DNA of 33,355 bases from a virus (Duplodnaviria; Caudoviricetes). The notes beneath the pieces were generated by a model, which saw nothing but the letters and a program-made list of their open reading frames with translations, made no database searches and had not been told where the DNA came from. Below are positions 1 to 9,040 of the stretch, piece by piece; within the stretch, counting starts at the first letter, position 1, and the number at the start of each line of letters is the position of its first letter. Where the stretch lies: the IMG/VR virus record IMGVR_UViG_3300037044_000237, positions 1 through 33,355 of that record; one strand, given 5' to 3'. The position numbers were made by a program, and so were the translations under genes.

Positions 1-240
1 ATGATTAAGACAAAACAACAAAAGGTAGTAAAATTTCCTGAAAACCGAGAGATAGCAAACACTCTGGAGCATGGTGACAGGGTAATTATTGCAGAATATT
101 CCGGTTACAGCGCCTCAACAGTGCGTGGAATGCTCATTGGTAAAAGGAGGTTAACCGATCGTGCCGCGAAAGCGATTATAAGGCTCAAAAATGAGCGCAG
201 CGCAATTCAGAGCAACCTACACGAAAGTAACAATAAGTAA
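1..240 (+). CDS. Small HTH DNA-binding protein (Ner/Cro position)
   Basis: HTH-like IIAEYSGYSASTVRGML; directly upstream of the transposase like Mu ner. Confidence 0.65.
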   Translation: MIKTKQQKVVKFPENREIANTLEHGDRVIIAEYSGYSASTVRGMLIGKRRLTDRAAKAIIRLKNERSAIQSNLHESNNK

Positions 241-251
241 AACCTATTATA

Positions 252-2267
252 ATGCCACATTTCCATAATAATGTCCTGGTTGTTACTTATGATGAGATCG
301 TCCCTGAGCTCATCACATACGATGCCCTGGCTAAGGCAATCAGGAGATCAGAAAAGCGGGGTTATGGTATTAAGCGCGTTCAGCTTGGGGGCCGTGGCCG
401 CCAATTGCTTATTGACTTCGACAGCCTGCCGCTATCAATGCGGGAAAGACTCGAAGACCCCCGCAAAGCCAAGCACCTTCTTGAGCCTTTTTTCCGCACT
501 GACTTTGAGGCCGTTGATTTTTACAGCGAGTACCGCTTCGACGATGGTAGCTCAATAGCTGATAAGGCCCGCGACAAATACATAGCCAACGCGTCATTAT
601 TAAAGGCCTGCCAGTTATTGAAGGAGGCACGCGAAAACGAGCGAACTAACCAGGGCAACACCCAGCGAGGCATAATGACCTCAATATGGCAGGACGCCAT
701 TAGCTTCATACCGGTACTGAAGGTTAAGTTCGCGATGGATGCAAGCCTACCTGAAGCGGAGCCCAGGTTTAAGGAGGCTTATCAACGTTTTGCCCAGCTT
801 GGTTATATCTCCCTGATCTCAAAGAAGCACGGGAACAGCAACGCCGGAAAGTCGAGCGACGAGCTTATAAAGCTGCTGAACGATATGTTTGCCACCCAGC
901 GCAATAAGCCAACATTTGCCGACATCAGCAGGCAGTATGAGTCTTTTTTATCAGGATATCTTGAAGTAATTAACGCCAACACCGGAGAGGTTTATTCACC
1001 AGTGGGGTACCCGGCCCTCAGCCGATCGACAATCTACAATTATCTGAATCAATACGAAAACAGGATCGGCACCTTTGCCGCCAGGTCGGGCGACCGTCAG
1101 AAGCTTTTAGGAGCCTCAATACCATACCATTCACTTTTACATCCTGATTTCGCCGGATCAATTATTTCGATCGACGACCGGCAGCCGCCTTTTGAATATG
1201 CCAAAGGTCAACGCATGTGGTTTTACAACGCCATTGACCTGGGCAGCGAAGCCTTCACCACCTGGGTGTATGGCAAGACAAAGGAAGGTATCATCCTGGA
1301 GTTTTACAGGCAGATGGTTAGAAATTACGCGGAGTGGGGCTTTAACCTACCGGCAGAGCTTGAGTGTGAGAGCTCGTTAAATAGTTCGTTTGCCGATACC
1401 TTCCTGCGCGAGGGATATATGTTCCAAAACGTAAGGATTGAGGCAAACAACGCGCGCGGTAAGCGCATTGAGGCATATTACCGACCGTTAAGATACGGAC
1501 TTGAGAAGCGTCATGCCGGATGGCTGGCCCGCCCGTTTGCTCTGTCTGAATCAAACCAGGCTGGCCATGATAAAGCCGATTATGTGCCTTACGACAAGCT
1601 CGCGGATCAGTGCCTCGGAGATATTGAAACCTGGAACAACATGCCGCACAGCATCTATAAGGATAAAACCCGCTGGGAAGTATTTTGTGAGCGCCAGCAT
1701 CCGTCACTTAGAAAAACAAATTACCGTGCATTTTTGAAGTACCTGGGTTATCAAACATCCGCAAGGGTAAAGGCCGGGATCGTTAAGTTTCAGCATCGCG
1801 AATGGCTACTCGGCGACAATGGGAAAATATGCACCGGCCCGCAGCTACTTAACCTAATGATGGCCGTTGAGGGTGAGCAGGTTGATATTTACTGGCTCGA
1901 CGATAACCAGGGCGCAGTACTGAAGGCCCTGATTTATGTTGGCGATACTTGTGTATGTGAGGCACTACCGAAACCTGCTTACCACCGTGCGACAATCGAG
2001 CAGACGGAAGCCGACTTTGAGGCCCGCGAGCTTATGAGCAAATATGTGGTTACAATTGAATCATTCCAACGTCGGCAAAAGAACGCACTGGAGCCGGTTA
2101 CCATCATCGACAATACACCGGTTACCCTGAATAATAAGTTCCGGATTGCCGCCCGCCATAAAACGGCCGAGGTGGTGAATGTTGAGGTACTCCCGGAACC
2201 GGACTTTGAAGACGGTTTAAACGCCGTTCAAACGAGCTATAAAACATCCCTGGCAGACAGGTTTTAA
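252..2267 (+). CDS. Mu-like DDE transposase (MuA analogue)
   Basis: 671 aa; N-terminal RGGRGR-like DNA-binding motif (GGRGRQLLIDFDSLP), HTH (LSRSTIYNYL), RNase H-like core (ISIDDR...ELECE...GKRIEAY), WNNMPH; followed by ATPase. Confidence 0.9.
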   Translation: MPHFHNNVLVVTYDEIVPELITYDALAKAIRRSEKRGYGIKRVQLGGRGRQLLIDFDSLPLSMRERLEDPRKAKHLLEPFFRTDFEAVDFYSEYRFDDGSSIADKARDKYIANASLLKACQLLKEARENERTNQGNTQRGIMTSIWQDAISFIPVLKVKFAMDASLPEAEPRFKEAYQRFAQLGYISLISKKHGNSNAGKSSDELIKLLNDMFATQRNKPTFADISRQYESFLSGYLEVINANTGEVYSPVGYPALSRSTIYNYLNQYENRIGTFAARSGDRQKLLGASIPYHSLLHPDFAGSIISIDDRQPPFEYAKGQRMWFYNAIDLGSEAFTTWVYGKTKEGIILEFYRQMVRNYAEWGFNLPAELECESSLNSSFADTFLREGYMFQNVRIEANNARGKRIEAYYRPLRYGLEKRHAGWLARPFALSESNQAGHDKADYVPYDKLADQCLGDIETWNNMPHSIYKDKTRWEVFCERQHPSLRKTNYRAFLKYLGYQTSARVKAGIVKFQHREWLLGDNGKICTGPQLLNLMMAVEGEQVDIYWLDDNQGAVLKALIYVGDTCVCEALPKPAYHRATIEQTEADFEARELMSKYVVTIESFQRRQKNALEPVTIIDNTPVTLNNKFRIAARHKTAEVVNVEVLPEPDFEDGLNAVQTSYKTSLADRF

Positions 2268-2299
2268 TCAATACAAATAATCCCAAAAAATCAATTACC

Positions 2300-3193
2300 A
2301 TGTTACAACTTACTGACGACTTTAAGAAAAACGTTATGACGGCCCTGCTTGAGCAGCGGGATAACTTCGACGGATCAGACGCCGCCTTCGCCAGGCAGTG
2401 GGGGATCAATGCAGCCGTATTTTCACGGATCAAGCAAGGCGACCTTACCGGGATGCTGAAGGAAAGCACCTGGATCACCTTCGCCCGGGAGCTTAACATA
2501 TCAACCGGACAGCGCCGGTGGCAGATGGCCCGCACCGACGTTTTCAATGTAATTGAGGAGGATATCAAGTTCTGTAAGGAGTTTTCAAAAGCTAAGATAT
2601 GCGTGGATGAGTGCGGTATCGGAAAGACATACAGCGCTAAGTACCTGTCCAGGACACTGAAAAACTGCTTTTACGTGGATGCCTCCCAGGCTAAAACCCG
2701 CCAGTTGTTTGTAAGGCTTATTGCCCGCACCATTGGCGTTGACCACACCGGAAAATATGCAGAGGTTAAGGGCAACATCAAGTACTATCTTAAAATGCTG
2801 CCACAGCCCCTGGTAATCATCGACGAGGCCGGTGATCTTGACTATTCAGCATTCCTTGACCTGAAGGAGCTTTGGAATGCAACCGAAAACGCATGCGGTT
2901 GGTACATGCTCGGCGCTGATGGACTTCGCCGCAAAATTGAGCGCGGTATCGACGGCAAAAAGGTGGGATATAAGGAAATATTCTCTCGTTACTCGGAGCG
3001 ATATACCAGCGTGGTTCCGGCGGGTAAAGATGATAAGCAGGCCTTTTACAGAAAGCTGATCACGGAAGTGTTAACAGCAAATATGCCTGACGCTTCAAAC
3101 CTTAATATGATTGTTAAAAAATGCCTTTCAACTGATAGCGGCCAGATTGGCGGCTTAAGGCGCGCTGAAAGCTTACTCATACTAAATCAGTAA
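2300..3193 (+). CDS. MuB-like AAA+ transposition ATPase with N-terminal HTH
   Basis: N-terminal HTH (AAFARQWGINAAVFSRIK), Walker A ECGIGKT, Walker B LVIIDEAG, IFSR arginine-finger region. Confidence 0.88.
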   Translation: MLQLTDDFKKNVMTALLEQRDNFDGSDAAFARQWGINAAVFSRIKQGDLTGMLKESTWITFARELNISTGQRRWQMARTDVFNVIEEDIKFCKEFSKAKICVDECGIGKTYSAKYLSRTLKNCFYVDASQAKTRQLFVRLIARTIGVDHTGKYAEVKGNIKYYLKMLPQPLVIIDEAGDLDYSAFLDLKELWNATENACGWYMLGADGLRRKIERGIDGKKVGYKEIFSRYSERYTSVVPAGKDDKQAFYRKLITEVLTANMPDASNLNMIVKKCLSTDSGQIGGLRRAESLLILNQ

Positions 3194-3206
3194 TCGCACG
3201 GAGACT

Positions 3207-3986
3207 ATGTCCGGAGAGCCTGAAAAAACCAATTCCGTGAAAGCACGGGTGCTCACAGTAAAAAACATCTACGATAAGCAATATGACACACTTAAGGTTT
3301 CGGGCATTTGGGCTGAGGTACTGGGCGAGGTTGAGGCAAACGGCGCCTGGCTGATTTACGGCAAAGAGAAAAACGGCAAGACCACGGCGGCGCTTACGCT
3401 CGCCTGGCATTTAAGCAATAATTACAGAGTTCTTTACATAAGTGCAGAGGAGGGAGTCGGGAAAGCATTCAGGGATACCCTTCAGCGGATTGGCGTAGAT
3501 GCAGGCGCACGTAACATCCATTTTATGGATTACGAGAAGGTTCCTTTACTGAAGGATCGCCTTAAACGTCGGAAGTCGGCAGAGGTGGTGGTGGTTGATA
3601 ATCTGACAATCTACAACGACGAGCTGAAGGGGAATGCTTTACGCGAATTCCTGCGAGAGCTAAGAGCCAAGCTGATCATATTCGTTGCCCATGAGGAGCG
3701 TGGGGAGCCATACACAGCATCGGCAAAGCTGGCCCGGAAGCTTGCAAAAGTAATCATCCATGTGAAGGGGCTCCTTTGCAGTGTTTCAGGAAGGGTGCCC
3801 GGGGGCACTCTAATAATTGACGAGGTTAAAGCACAATTGTATCACGGATATAACATCAAAAATGAGAGCACAACCAATAAATCCAAGCAGGAGGTATTAC
3901 CTGCACCGGAAGTTAAAGAAGCTTTACCGGGTAGAAGCAAGAAAAAAGCTAATCCACGTCCCAATCGGGGGGGGGGGGCGAAATGA
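3207..3986 (+). CDS. Second P-loop ATPase (RecA/KaiC-like)
   Basis: Walker A GKEKNGKT, VLYISAEEG, Walker B VVVVDN. Confidence 0.8.
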   Translation: MSGEPEKTNSVKARVLTVKNIYDKQYDTLKVSGIWAEVLGEVEANGAWLIYGKEKNGKTTAALTLAWHLSNNYRVLYISAEEGVGKAFRDTLQRIGVDAGARNIHFMDYEKVPLLKDRLKRRKSAEVVVVDNLTIYNDELKGNALREFLRELRAKLIIFVAHEERGEPYTASAKLARKLAKVIIHVKGLLCSVSGRVPGGTLIIDEVKAQLYHGYNIKNESTTNKSKQEVLPAPEVKEALPGRSKKKANPRPNRGGGAK

Positions 3987-4045
3987 TTGAAGTCATAAGG
4001 GAGCTTATAAACGGAGGTTACAGCGCACAATATTACATCAAATGA
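3862..4045 (+). pseudogene. Hidden small gene interrupted by a G12 tract (intact with G11 or G14)
   Basis: ATG 3862 reads MRAQPINPSRRYYLHRKLKKLYRVEARKKLIHVPIG and stops at 3990 as given. With one G fewer it continues ...EMIEVIRELINGGYSAQYYIK to TGA 4043-4045, which overlaps the next ATG (4042). Confidence 0.55.
3967..3978 (+). repeat. Poly-G homopolymer (G12)
   Basis: Twelve consecutive G read directly. Confidence 0.95.
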
Positions 4046-4626
4046 AAACAGAAGAAAAAGTCATCTATCAGTACGATCCGGCCTGCAACCGGTTAAACAT
4101 AGTAATTAACGGCTCAGCGTCGGGCGGATTTGTAGGCCCATCAGCCGAACGGCAGTTTAACAGGCTTCTTGACTCCGGCGCTGAAATTAACATAACAGAT
4201 ATGAGCAACGCGATTAAAAACGCCCGCGTGCGGAGGCTCCGCGCCATCTGGTTCAAGCTTGGCATTGATCAGCACCGGGAGGCAATACTTGAGCCATTCG
4301 GGGTATCGTCTACAGCCGACTTAAACCTTGATCAGCTTGACGAACTTATAACCAGGTTCTCAGCTGAAGCTAACAAGCCCGCGAATGAACTTATACGGAC
4401 GCTCAGGAGCGATGTACTGGCGCAACTTAACCGGTTGGGCATATACTCAAACAACGGCGACTGGACAGCCGTTAACAACTTCCTGATGTCGGATAAGATT
4501 GCTGGTAAGGTGCTTTACAACCTGAATGAGGAGGAGCTTCGTGTATTGCGCAAAAAGCTCCACTCCATCATTACAAAAAAACAAGCTCAGGACACTGACC
4601 AGGGCAGGCAGAAACTTTTAAACTAA
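4042..4626 (+). CDS. Phage protein, C-terminal part GemA/Mu gp16-like
   Basis: Motif FGVSSTADLNLDQLDELI and a second LYNLNEEELRVL repeat resemble GemA-type proteins; early-operon position. Confidence 0.45.
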   Translation: MKTEEKVIYQYDPACNRLNIVINGSASGGFVGPSAERQFNRLLDSGAEINITDMSNAIKNARVRRLRAIWFKLGIDQHREAILEPFGVSSTADLNLDQLDELITRFSAEANKPANELIRTLRSDVLAQLNRLGIYSNNGDWTAVNNFLMSDKIAGKVLYNLNEEELRVLRKKLHSIITKKQAQDTDQGRQKLLN

Positions 4627-4631
4627 TCGCG

Positions 4632-4862
4632 ATGCTGAAATATCCTGACTACTACCCAGCCGTTCAGAGGCTTGAGAAGCTCTCAAAAAGGGCAGACGAA
4701 CTATTGACCGGGCTAACAGCCGACAATATATTAGATCGCATCCGGGAGCGGAATGCAGTAATGATTCAGGTCAACAATCTGAAGACGAAGCTGAGCGAAA
4801 AGCCGACTACCTGCGATGAAATGAATTACAAAATAACCCCGGTAGTCCGGTTAAACTTCTGA
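4632..4862 (+). CDS. Hypothetical phage protein
   Basis: Tightly packed ORF in the early operon. Confidence 0.65.
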   Translation: MLKYPDYYPAVQRLEKLSKRADELLTGLTADNILDRIRERNAVMIQVNNLKTKLSEKPTTCDEMNYKITPVVRLNF

Positions 4863-4865
4863 GCA

Positions 4866-5078
4866 ATGGGAATAAAATACACAGTTACCAGGACTGGAGA
4901 TAAGTCCTTTAAAAATGAGTACACAGCCCAGTGCAGAAACTGCTACGGCAGCGGCTTTATTTTACCGGCACTACCACCAGAGGCCGGGCCAATTGACTGC
5001 CCTGTGTGCCTCGGCAGCGGGGAAGTTGATGTTACAAAAATGATTGAAGTTTCAGTTAAACCACATAAAAACAAGTAA
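4866..5078 (+). CDS. Small zinc-finger protein (DnaJ-type CxxCxGxG)
   Basis: CRNCYGSG and CPVCLGSG motifs. Confidence 0.75.
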   Translation: MGIKYTVTRTGDKSFKNEYTAQCRNCYGSGFILPALPPEAGPIDCPVCLGSGEVDVTKMIEVSVKPHKNK

Positions 5079-5080
5079 TC

Positions 5081-5695
5081 ATGATTCAGAAAAAGAAAGA
5101 TCAATTTTGGATTGATGAGTCCGGCAACCGGATTCCTTATAACAGGCTTACAAAGCTTGAGTTAAAACGTGAAAAGGCGCTTGGGTCAATTCTATCGGAT
5201 GCCCAGGCAATTAACAAGCGGCTTGCCGAATTCAAGAAGGAAATAAAGCTGGCCACTGACCAGGTAGTGCATGAGTTCATTTTGGAAAAGGGGATAAGCT
5301 CTCTCGGCAAGGGCAATGTAACCCTGTTTAACTTCGACCGCACTGTAAAGGTTGAAGTATCGATCAGCGACCGGATCGAGTTTGATGATTTGACAATGAA
5401 AGCCTGTAAGGAGAAGTTTGACGCCTTCCTGAATGTGGCAATTGACGAAAAGCAGGCCTTTGTTAAAGAAATGATAAACGACGCCTTTTCAACCACCAAT
5501 GGCAAGCTCGACGCTAAGAAGGTTATGAGCCTGCTGAAGTACCGGCAGAAGATAAAGGACGCCGTATTTCACGAGGCTATTGCCCTGCTTGAGGAGAGCA
5601 TCCGCCGCCCTGATTCAAAAACATACTACCGCGTATGGTTAAAGGATGAAAATGGGGAGTTCAATAACATCGACCTCAACTTTTCAAGTATTTAA
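5081..5695 (+). CDS. DUF3164-like protein of Mu-like phages
   Basis: KGNVTLFNFD, IEFDD, AFSTTNGKLD, ESIRRPDSKTYYRV and IDLNFS match my recollection of this family. Confidence 0.8.
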   Translation: MIQKKKDQFWIDESGNRIPYNRLTKLELKREKALGSILSDAQAINKRLAEFKKEIKLATDQVVHEFILEKGISSLGKGNVTLFNFDRTVKVEVSISDRIEFDDLTMKACKEKFDAFLNVAIDEKQAFVKEMINDAFSTTNGKLDAKKVMSLLKYRQKIKDAVFHEAIALLEESIRRPDSKTYYRVWLKDENGEFNNIDLNFSSI

Positions 5696-5708
5696 GGCCC
5701 GCTCCGGA

Positions 5709-5795
5709 ATGGATAAGAGAGACATAACATTCGGTCGGTTATTTATCCTGCTTGCGGCTTTAGAAATCCTCATCATAATCCTTTTACTACTATGA
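5709..5795 (+). CDS. Unlisted 28-aa single-TM peptide
   Basis: MDKRDITFGRLFILLAALEILIIILLLL; its TGA overlaps ATG 5792 (ATGA); fills the gap between genes. Confidence 0.55.
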   Translation: MDKRDITFGRLFILLAALEILIIILLLL

Positions 5796-6100
5796 AAAAA
5801 GTGTACATAATTGGCGCGGTTACCGGGCTCCCCGTTGAAGAGGTTGAAATCAAGTTTCAGAAGGCCGCGCTTAGCCTTAAAAACATGGGCATGATACCGG
5901 TTAACCCCATTGAGATCATTCGCGAGGACATGCCCTGGGGCGATGCAATGAAAATATGTATCCGCGCGCTCATTGATTGTGATATGGTGCTGCTCCTTCC
6001 GGATTGGCCAGAGAGCAAGGGCGGAACGCTGGAGGTATCAATAGTTCGCAGCCTTGAAATTCCTGAGATGAGATATTCCCTTAAAATGAGCCGGATATGA
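5792..6100 (+). CDS. DUF4406-like (nucleoside deoxyribosyltransferase-like fold)
   Basis: KVYIIGAVTG, PVNP, CDMVLLLPDWPESKGGTLE. Confidence 0.85.
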   Translation: MKKVYIIGAVTGLPVEEVEIKFQKAALSLKNMGMIPVNPIEIIREDMPWGDAMKICIRALIDCDMVLLLPDWPESKGGTLEVSIVRSLEIPEMRYSLKMSRI

Positions 6101-6516
6101 AAGAATTCAGCCTTACCAGTCCATCGTTCGATGGCGAGGTAATATTTGAATTTAACGATGGTGGTCTGCTTATGAGCTTTGATACAAAAGCCGCGAACCT
6201 ATCTGAAAAACAGCAGGTGTTTTTACTCAAAAACCTGCCCCGCGAACTGGCAGAGGTTAAGGCTATGCTTGAGAAAAGCCCCAACGCTAAGTTTACAGAG
6301 CTCCAGCGTGAGATTACATTTGACATGTTTTGGAAGCGATACGATCCACCGGCAAACAGCAAGAAGAAAAAGTATGCCCTGCCTCGTTGGAATAAAATGA
6401 GTAAGGCGGAACAGGCAAAGGCTTTCTACCATATCGCCAAGTATGAAGGCAACATGAGGGGAGAGGCTAAAATGTACGCTGAAACATATCTTAACTCTGA
6501 ATTGTGGAACAATTAA
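6097..6516 (+). CDS. Hypothetical phage protein
   Basis: ATGA overlap; C-terminal FDMFWKRY...WNKMS...AETYLN motif. Confidence 0.75.
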   Translation: MKEFSLTSPSFDGEVIFEFNDGGLLMSFDTKAANLSEKQQVFLLKNLPRELAEVKAMLEKSPNAKFTELQREITFDMFWKRYDPPANSKKKKYALPRWNKMSKAEQAKAFYHIAKYEGNMRGEAKMYAETYLNSELWNN

Positions 6517-6528
6517 AAAATCAAAACT

Positions 6529-6744
6529 ATGGAGTTTACAGATGAGCAAATAGCCGATGCGCTAAAAAGGATTGAGGAAATGGATCACTTTACCATGTGC
6601 AGGCTTTGGAGGTTTGCACCTGAAGGAAGTGAAATATACTTCAGGAGTGACTTGCCCACCGGCGATGCATTTAAAGAGAGGCTGTATGGCCACTTTGGGG
6701 GGTTTACCCCCGAGATAAGTAAAGAACTTGGTTGGAACAATTAA
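6529..6744 (+). CDS. Hypothetical protein
   Basis: A-rich start; GGFTPEISKELGW end. Confidence 0.7.
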   Translation: MEFTDEQIADALKRIEEMDHFTMCRLWRFAPEGSEIYFRSDLPTGDAFKERLYGHFGGFTPEISKELGWNN

Positions 6745-6754
6745 TATAGAAAAA

Positions 6755-7492
6755 ATGGAAAACGATACTACCTCATCGGTAAATGTACTTTTTACAAATG
6801 ACTACGGAAAGTTTAAGTTTCTGCTTGGTAACCGGGACTTGAATAATGCAAAAATCAACCGCATTATTGAAAGCGTAAGCAATGGCCTGAACCTATTCCG
6901 CTATTGCCCGATAATGGTTACCAAAGACGGATATATAATTGATGGCCAACACCGGTTTTTTGTGTGCAAAAAGCTGAAGCTAAATGTCTTTTACGTTGTG
7001 GTGCCCGACTTCACCCTTCGGCAGGTGGCAGAGATGAATCAAAATGCCTCAAAGTGGAAAGACAAAGATTTTGTAAACTGCTACACCGACACGGGAAACA
7101 AAAATTATAGCGTTCTCGGGGAATTTGTTGAAAAGTATCAGCTTAACCTGGGCATAGCGGTGAGCCTGCTCAGCGAGGGCAAGGTAAGGGGCATTAAAAG
7201 GCTCGACGATCTGCGCGACGGCCTTTTCAAGGCCGAAAAGTTAGAGTTTGCGACTGCATTTATGGACAATGCTTTAAGGTTTAAAGAATATTGCACCTCC
7301 TATAAATCCCGGAGTTTCCTTCAGGCGCTCGAGATTCTATTTGCCGGCAAAGATTTTGACCTTGACGAAATGATTGACAAGCTCAAGCTTCACAGTCTTA
7401 CAGTAGAAACCTGCCACAGCCATAAGGAATACCTGACACACCTGGAGGACTTGTTTAATTTTCGGAACTCGAAACGTAAACGCATTTATTAG
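6755..7492 (+). CDS. ParB/Srx-like N-terminal domain protein
   Basis: GNRDLN...PIMV...IIDGQHR motif; likely start is the in-frame ATG 6755 after an A-run. Confidence 0.75.
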   Translation: MENDTTSSVNVLFTNDYGKFKFLLGNRDLNNAKINRIIESVSNGLNLFRYCPIMVTKDGYIIDGQHRFFVCKKLKLNVFYVVVPDFTLRQVAEMNQNASKWKDKDFVNCYTDTGNKNYSVLGEFVEKYQLNLGIAVSLLSEGKVRGIKRLDDLRDGLFKAEKLEFATAFMDNALRFKEYCTSYKSRSFLQALEILFAGKDFDLDEMIDKLKLHSLTVETCHSHKEYLTHLEDLFNFRNSKRKRIY

Positions 7493-7499
7493 CAAGAAA

Positions 7500-7700
7500 A
7501 TGACAGCAACAAAAACAACCATCAAGGTAAAGTTTAGCTACGGATGGCGGCAATATATAATAATTAGGCGACTGGGTAAGATGTGGGTAAGGTTCGGATG
7601 CGTGCTTTTCCCAAGCGACTCAATAGCCCAACAAACCGCTGAATGCCTGGCTAATCTTTATCCTGAACTTTATGAACTGGAGGCCGAAAATGGAAGCTAA
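7500..7700 (+). CDS. Hypothetical protein
   Basis: Packed in operon; WVRFG motif. Confidence 0.6.
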   Translation: MTATKTTIKVKFSYGWRQYIIIRRLGKMWVRFGCVLFPSDSIAQQTAECLANLYPELYELEAENGS

Positions 7701-8169
7701 AGAAACTCTCCGCTCAATGTTCGATCACCGTAAGCAAATGTGGAAGATCGTTAAAAAAACGGCCGTTGGTGCCGGTGGCTGGCGTAGGTTCGGCGCACGA
7801 TGGTACTTCACACAGGGCGACGCCGACACTAAGATTAAAAAGCTAATTGAAAATCAACCAAACGAATACCAGAGGGATAGCATGGCAGCAATTAACTCAA
7901 TTACCTACAGAGAGGTAAAATTCATCCCTGGCACACTCGCGCTTAAGGTCAGGGCAGCCTGTAAGGAAGCATACAAAATGAACAGCGACATGCACGATAT
8001 CCTGAGGGGCATAAATTATCGGCTAAAGGAAATCAAAACCGGAAACGATTCCACAACGGATCATCATTACCGGGTGGCCGTGAGTGAAACCGGCAGGCAG
8101 ATTGACGTGATCCATCTGAAGGCTAACCACGACGATGACGCTGTAATGATAACCATAATAGCGGAGTAA
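7690..8169 (+). CDS. Hypothetical protein
   Basis: In-frame ATG 7690 overlapping previous gene end; WRRFG motif. Confidence 0.6.
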   Translation: MEAKETLRSMFDHRKQMWKIVKKTAVGAGGWRRFGARWYFTQGDADTKIKKLIENQPNEYQRDSMAAINSITYREVKFIPGTLALKVRAACKEAYKMNSDMHDILRGINYRLKEIKTGNDSTTDHHYRVAVSETGRQIDVIHLKANHDDDAVMITIIAE

Positions 8170-8170
8170 C

Positions 8171-8368
8171 ATGAAAGTTGAAGAATTTGAGAAACGGATG
8201 GCAAAGATGAGCGACAAAGAACTCATAGAATTAGCCTACAAACAAGTAAGTGAACTTGCAAAAACGGGGGGTAGAAGTTTAAGGATGTGCGTGCCACCAA
8301 TGGTTACTGATACTGATATGATTTTGTGCGAAGTTATAAAAAGGTTTGAACGTTTAACTCAGCAATAA
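8171..8368 (+). CDS. Hypothetical protein
   Basis: Packed in operon; looks AT-richer than neighbours. Confidence 0.6.
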   Translation: MKVEEFEKRMAKMSDKELIELAYKQVSELAKTGGRSLRMCVPPMVTDTDMILCEVIKRFERLTQQ

Positions 8369-8369
8369 C

Positions 8370-8777
8370 ATGGAAGACCTCACACCATACACCGGCCAGC
8401 TGCCCGCGCACTTGCAGAAAAGCCCCTCAGAGGAGAAGCAAGCCCATATCGGTAGATTGCTCCGGAGGGTAAAAGTAAAGCTGTCAGCGAGCCAGTATAA
8501 GGCCCTGCACACGGTTTTAACCTTCTGGCTTCATAAGGCCCCGGCTAAAGGTGAGCTTTATGAGGAGGCCTACTATTTATCAGTGTATAATCTGTTTGTG
8601 GCAAAGGTTCAGAAAGCTCCTTTAAACGTACTCAAGGCAAAGGTAAAGCTCAGCCTTGACCTTTGCCAGGCTCAAACCCTGATGGAGGCTTTAACTGACT
8701 ATCAGTTCGATAATGCCTCCTACGAAATGAATGTGGTTAATTACATAATTCAGGAAATCGACAAACAAACCGTGTAA
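8370..8777 (+). CDS. Hypothetical protein
   Basis: Packed in operon. Confidence 0.65.
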   Translation: MEDLTPYTGQLPAHLQKSPSEEKQAHIGRLLRRVKVKLSASQYKALHTVLTFWLHKAPAKGELYEEAYYLSVYNLFVAKVQKAPLNVLKAKVKLSLDLCQAQTLMEALTDYQFDNASYEMNVVNYIIQEIDKQTV

Positions 8778-8781
8778 GCCA

Positions 8782-9024
8782 ATGGCGTATAACAATAGAA
8801 ATAAGCTCCTTCAGATGCAGGCAATAATTGAGCTTTATTTGAAACATAAAACGCCCGACCGGACATCATCCTGGGTGTACCGGCATATTATTTACCCACA
8901 ATGCCATATAAGCCGGTCAACCCTTTACAACTACCTGAATACGCCTGTAAAAAAACTGCTGAGAGAGGCTGAAGAAAAAGCCGCAGCAAAGAAAAACATT
9001 TTAACTCTCGACTTGAATGATTAA
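8782..9024 (+). CDS. HTH protein, candidate late-gene regulator
   Basis: WVYRHIIYPQCHISRSTLYNYL HTH-like; last gene of early operon (Mor/C position). Confidence 0.55.
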   Translation: MAYNNRNKLLQMQAIIELYLKHKTPDRTSSWVYRHIIYPQCHISRSTLYNYLNTPVKKLLREAEEKAAAKKNILTLDLND

Positions 9025-9030
9025 ATTTCG

Positions 9031-9038
9031 TATCGTTG
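9031..9038 (+). promoter_or_regulatory. Near-consensus Bacteroidetes -7 promoter box
   Basis: TATCGTTG (consensus TAnnTTTG, one mismatch) followed by CA and the structured RNA. Confidence 0.4.
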
Positions 9039-9040
9039 CA

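Noticed and set aside
6755-7492. ParABS partition system
   Set aside because: Only a ParB-like N-terminal motif; no adjacent ParA or parS repeats noticed.
8167-8372. TAACATG repeat flanking the 65-aa gene
   Set aside because: Only 7 bp and largely forced by stop-plus-start codons.
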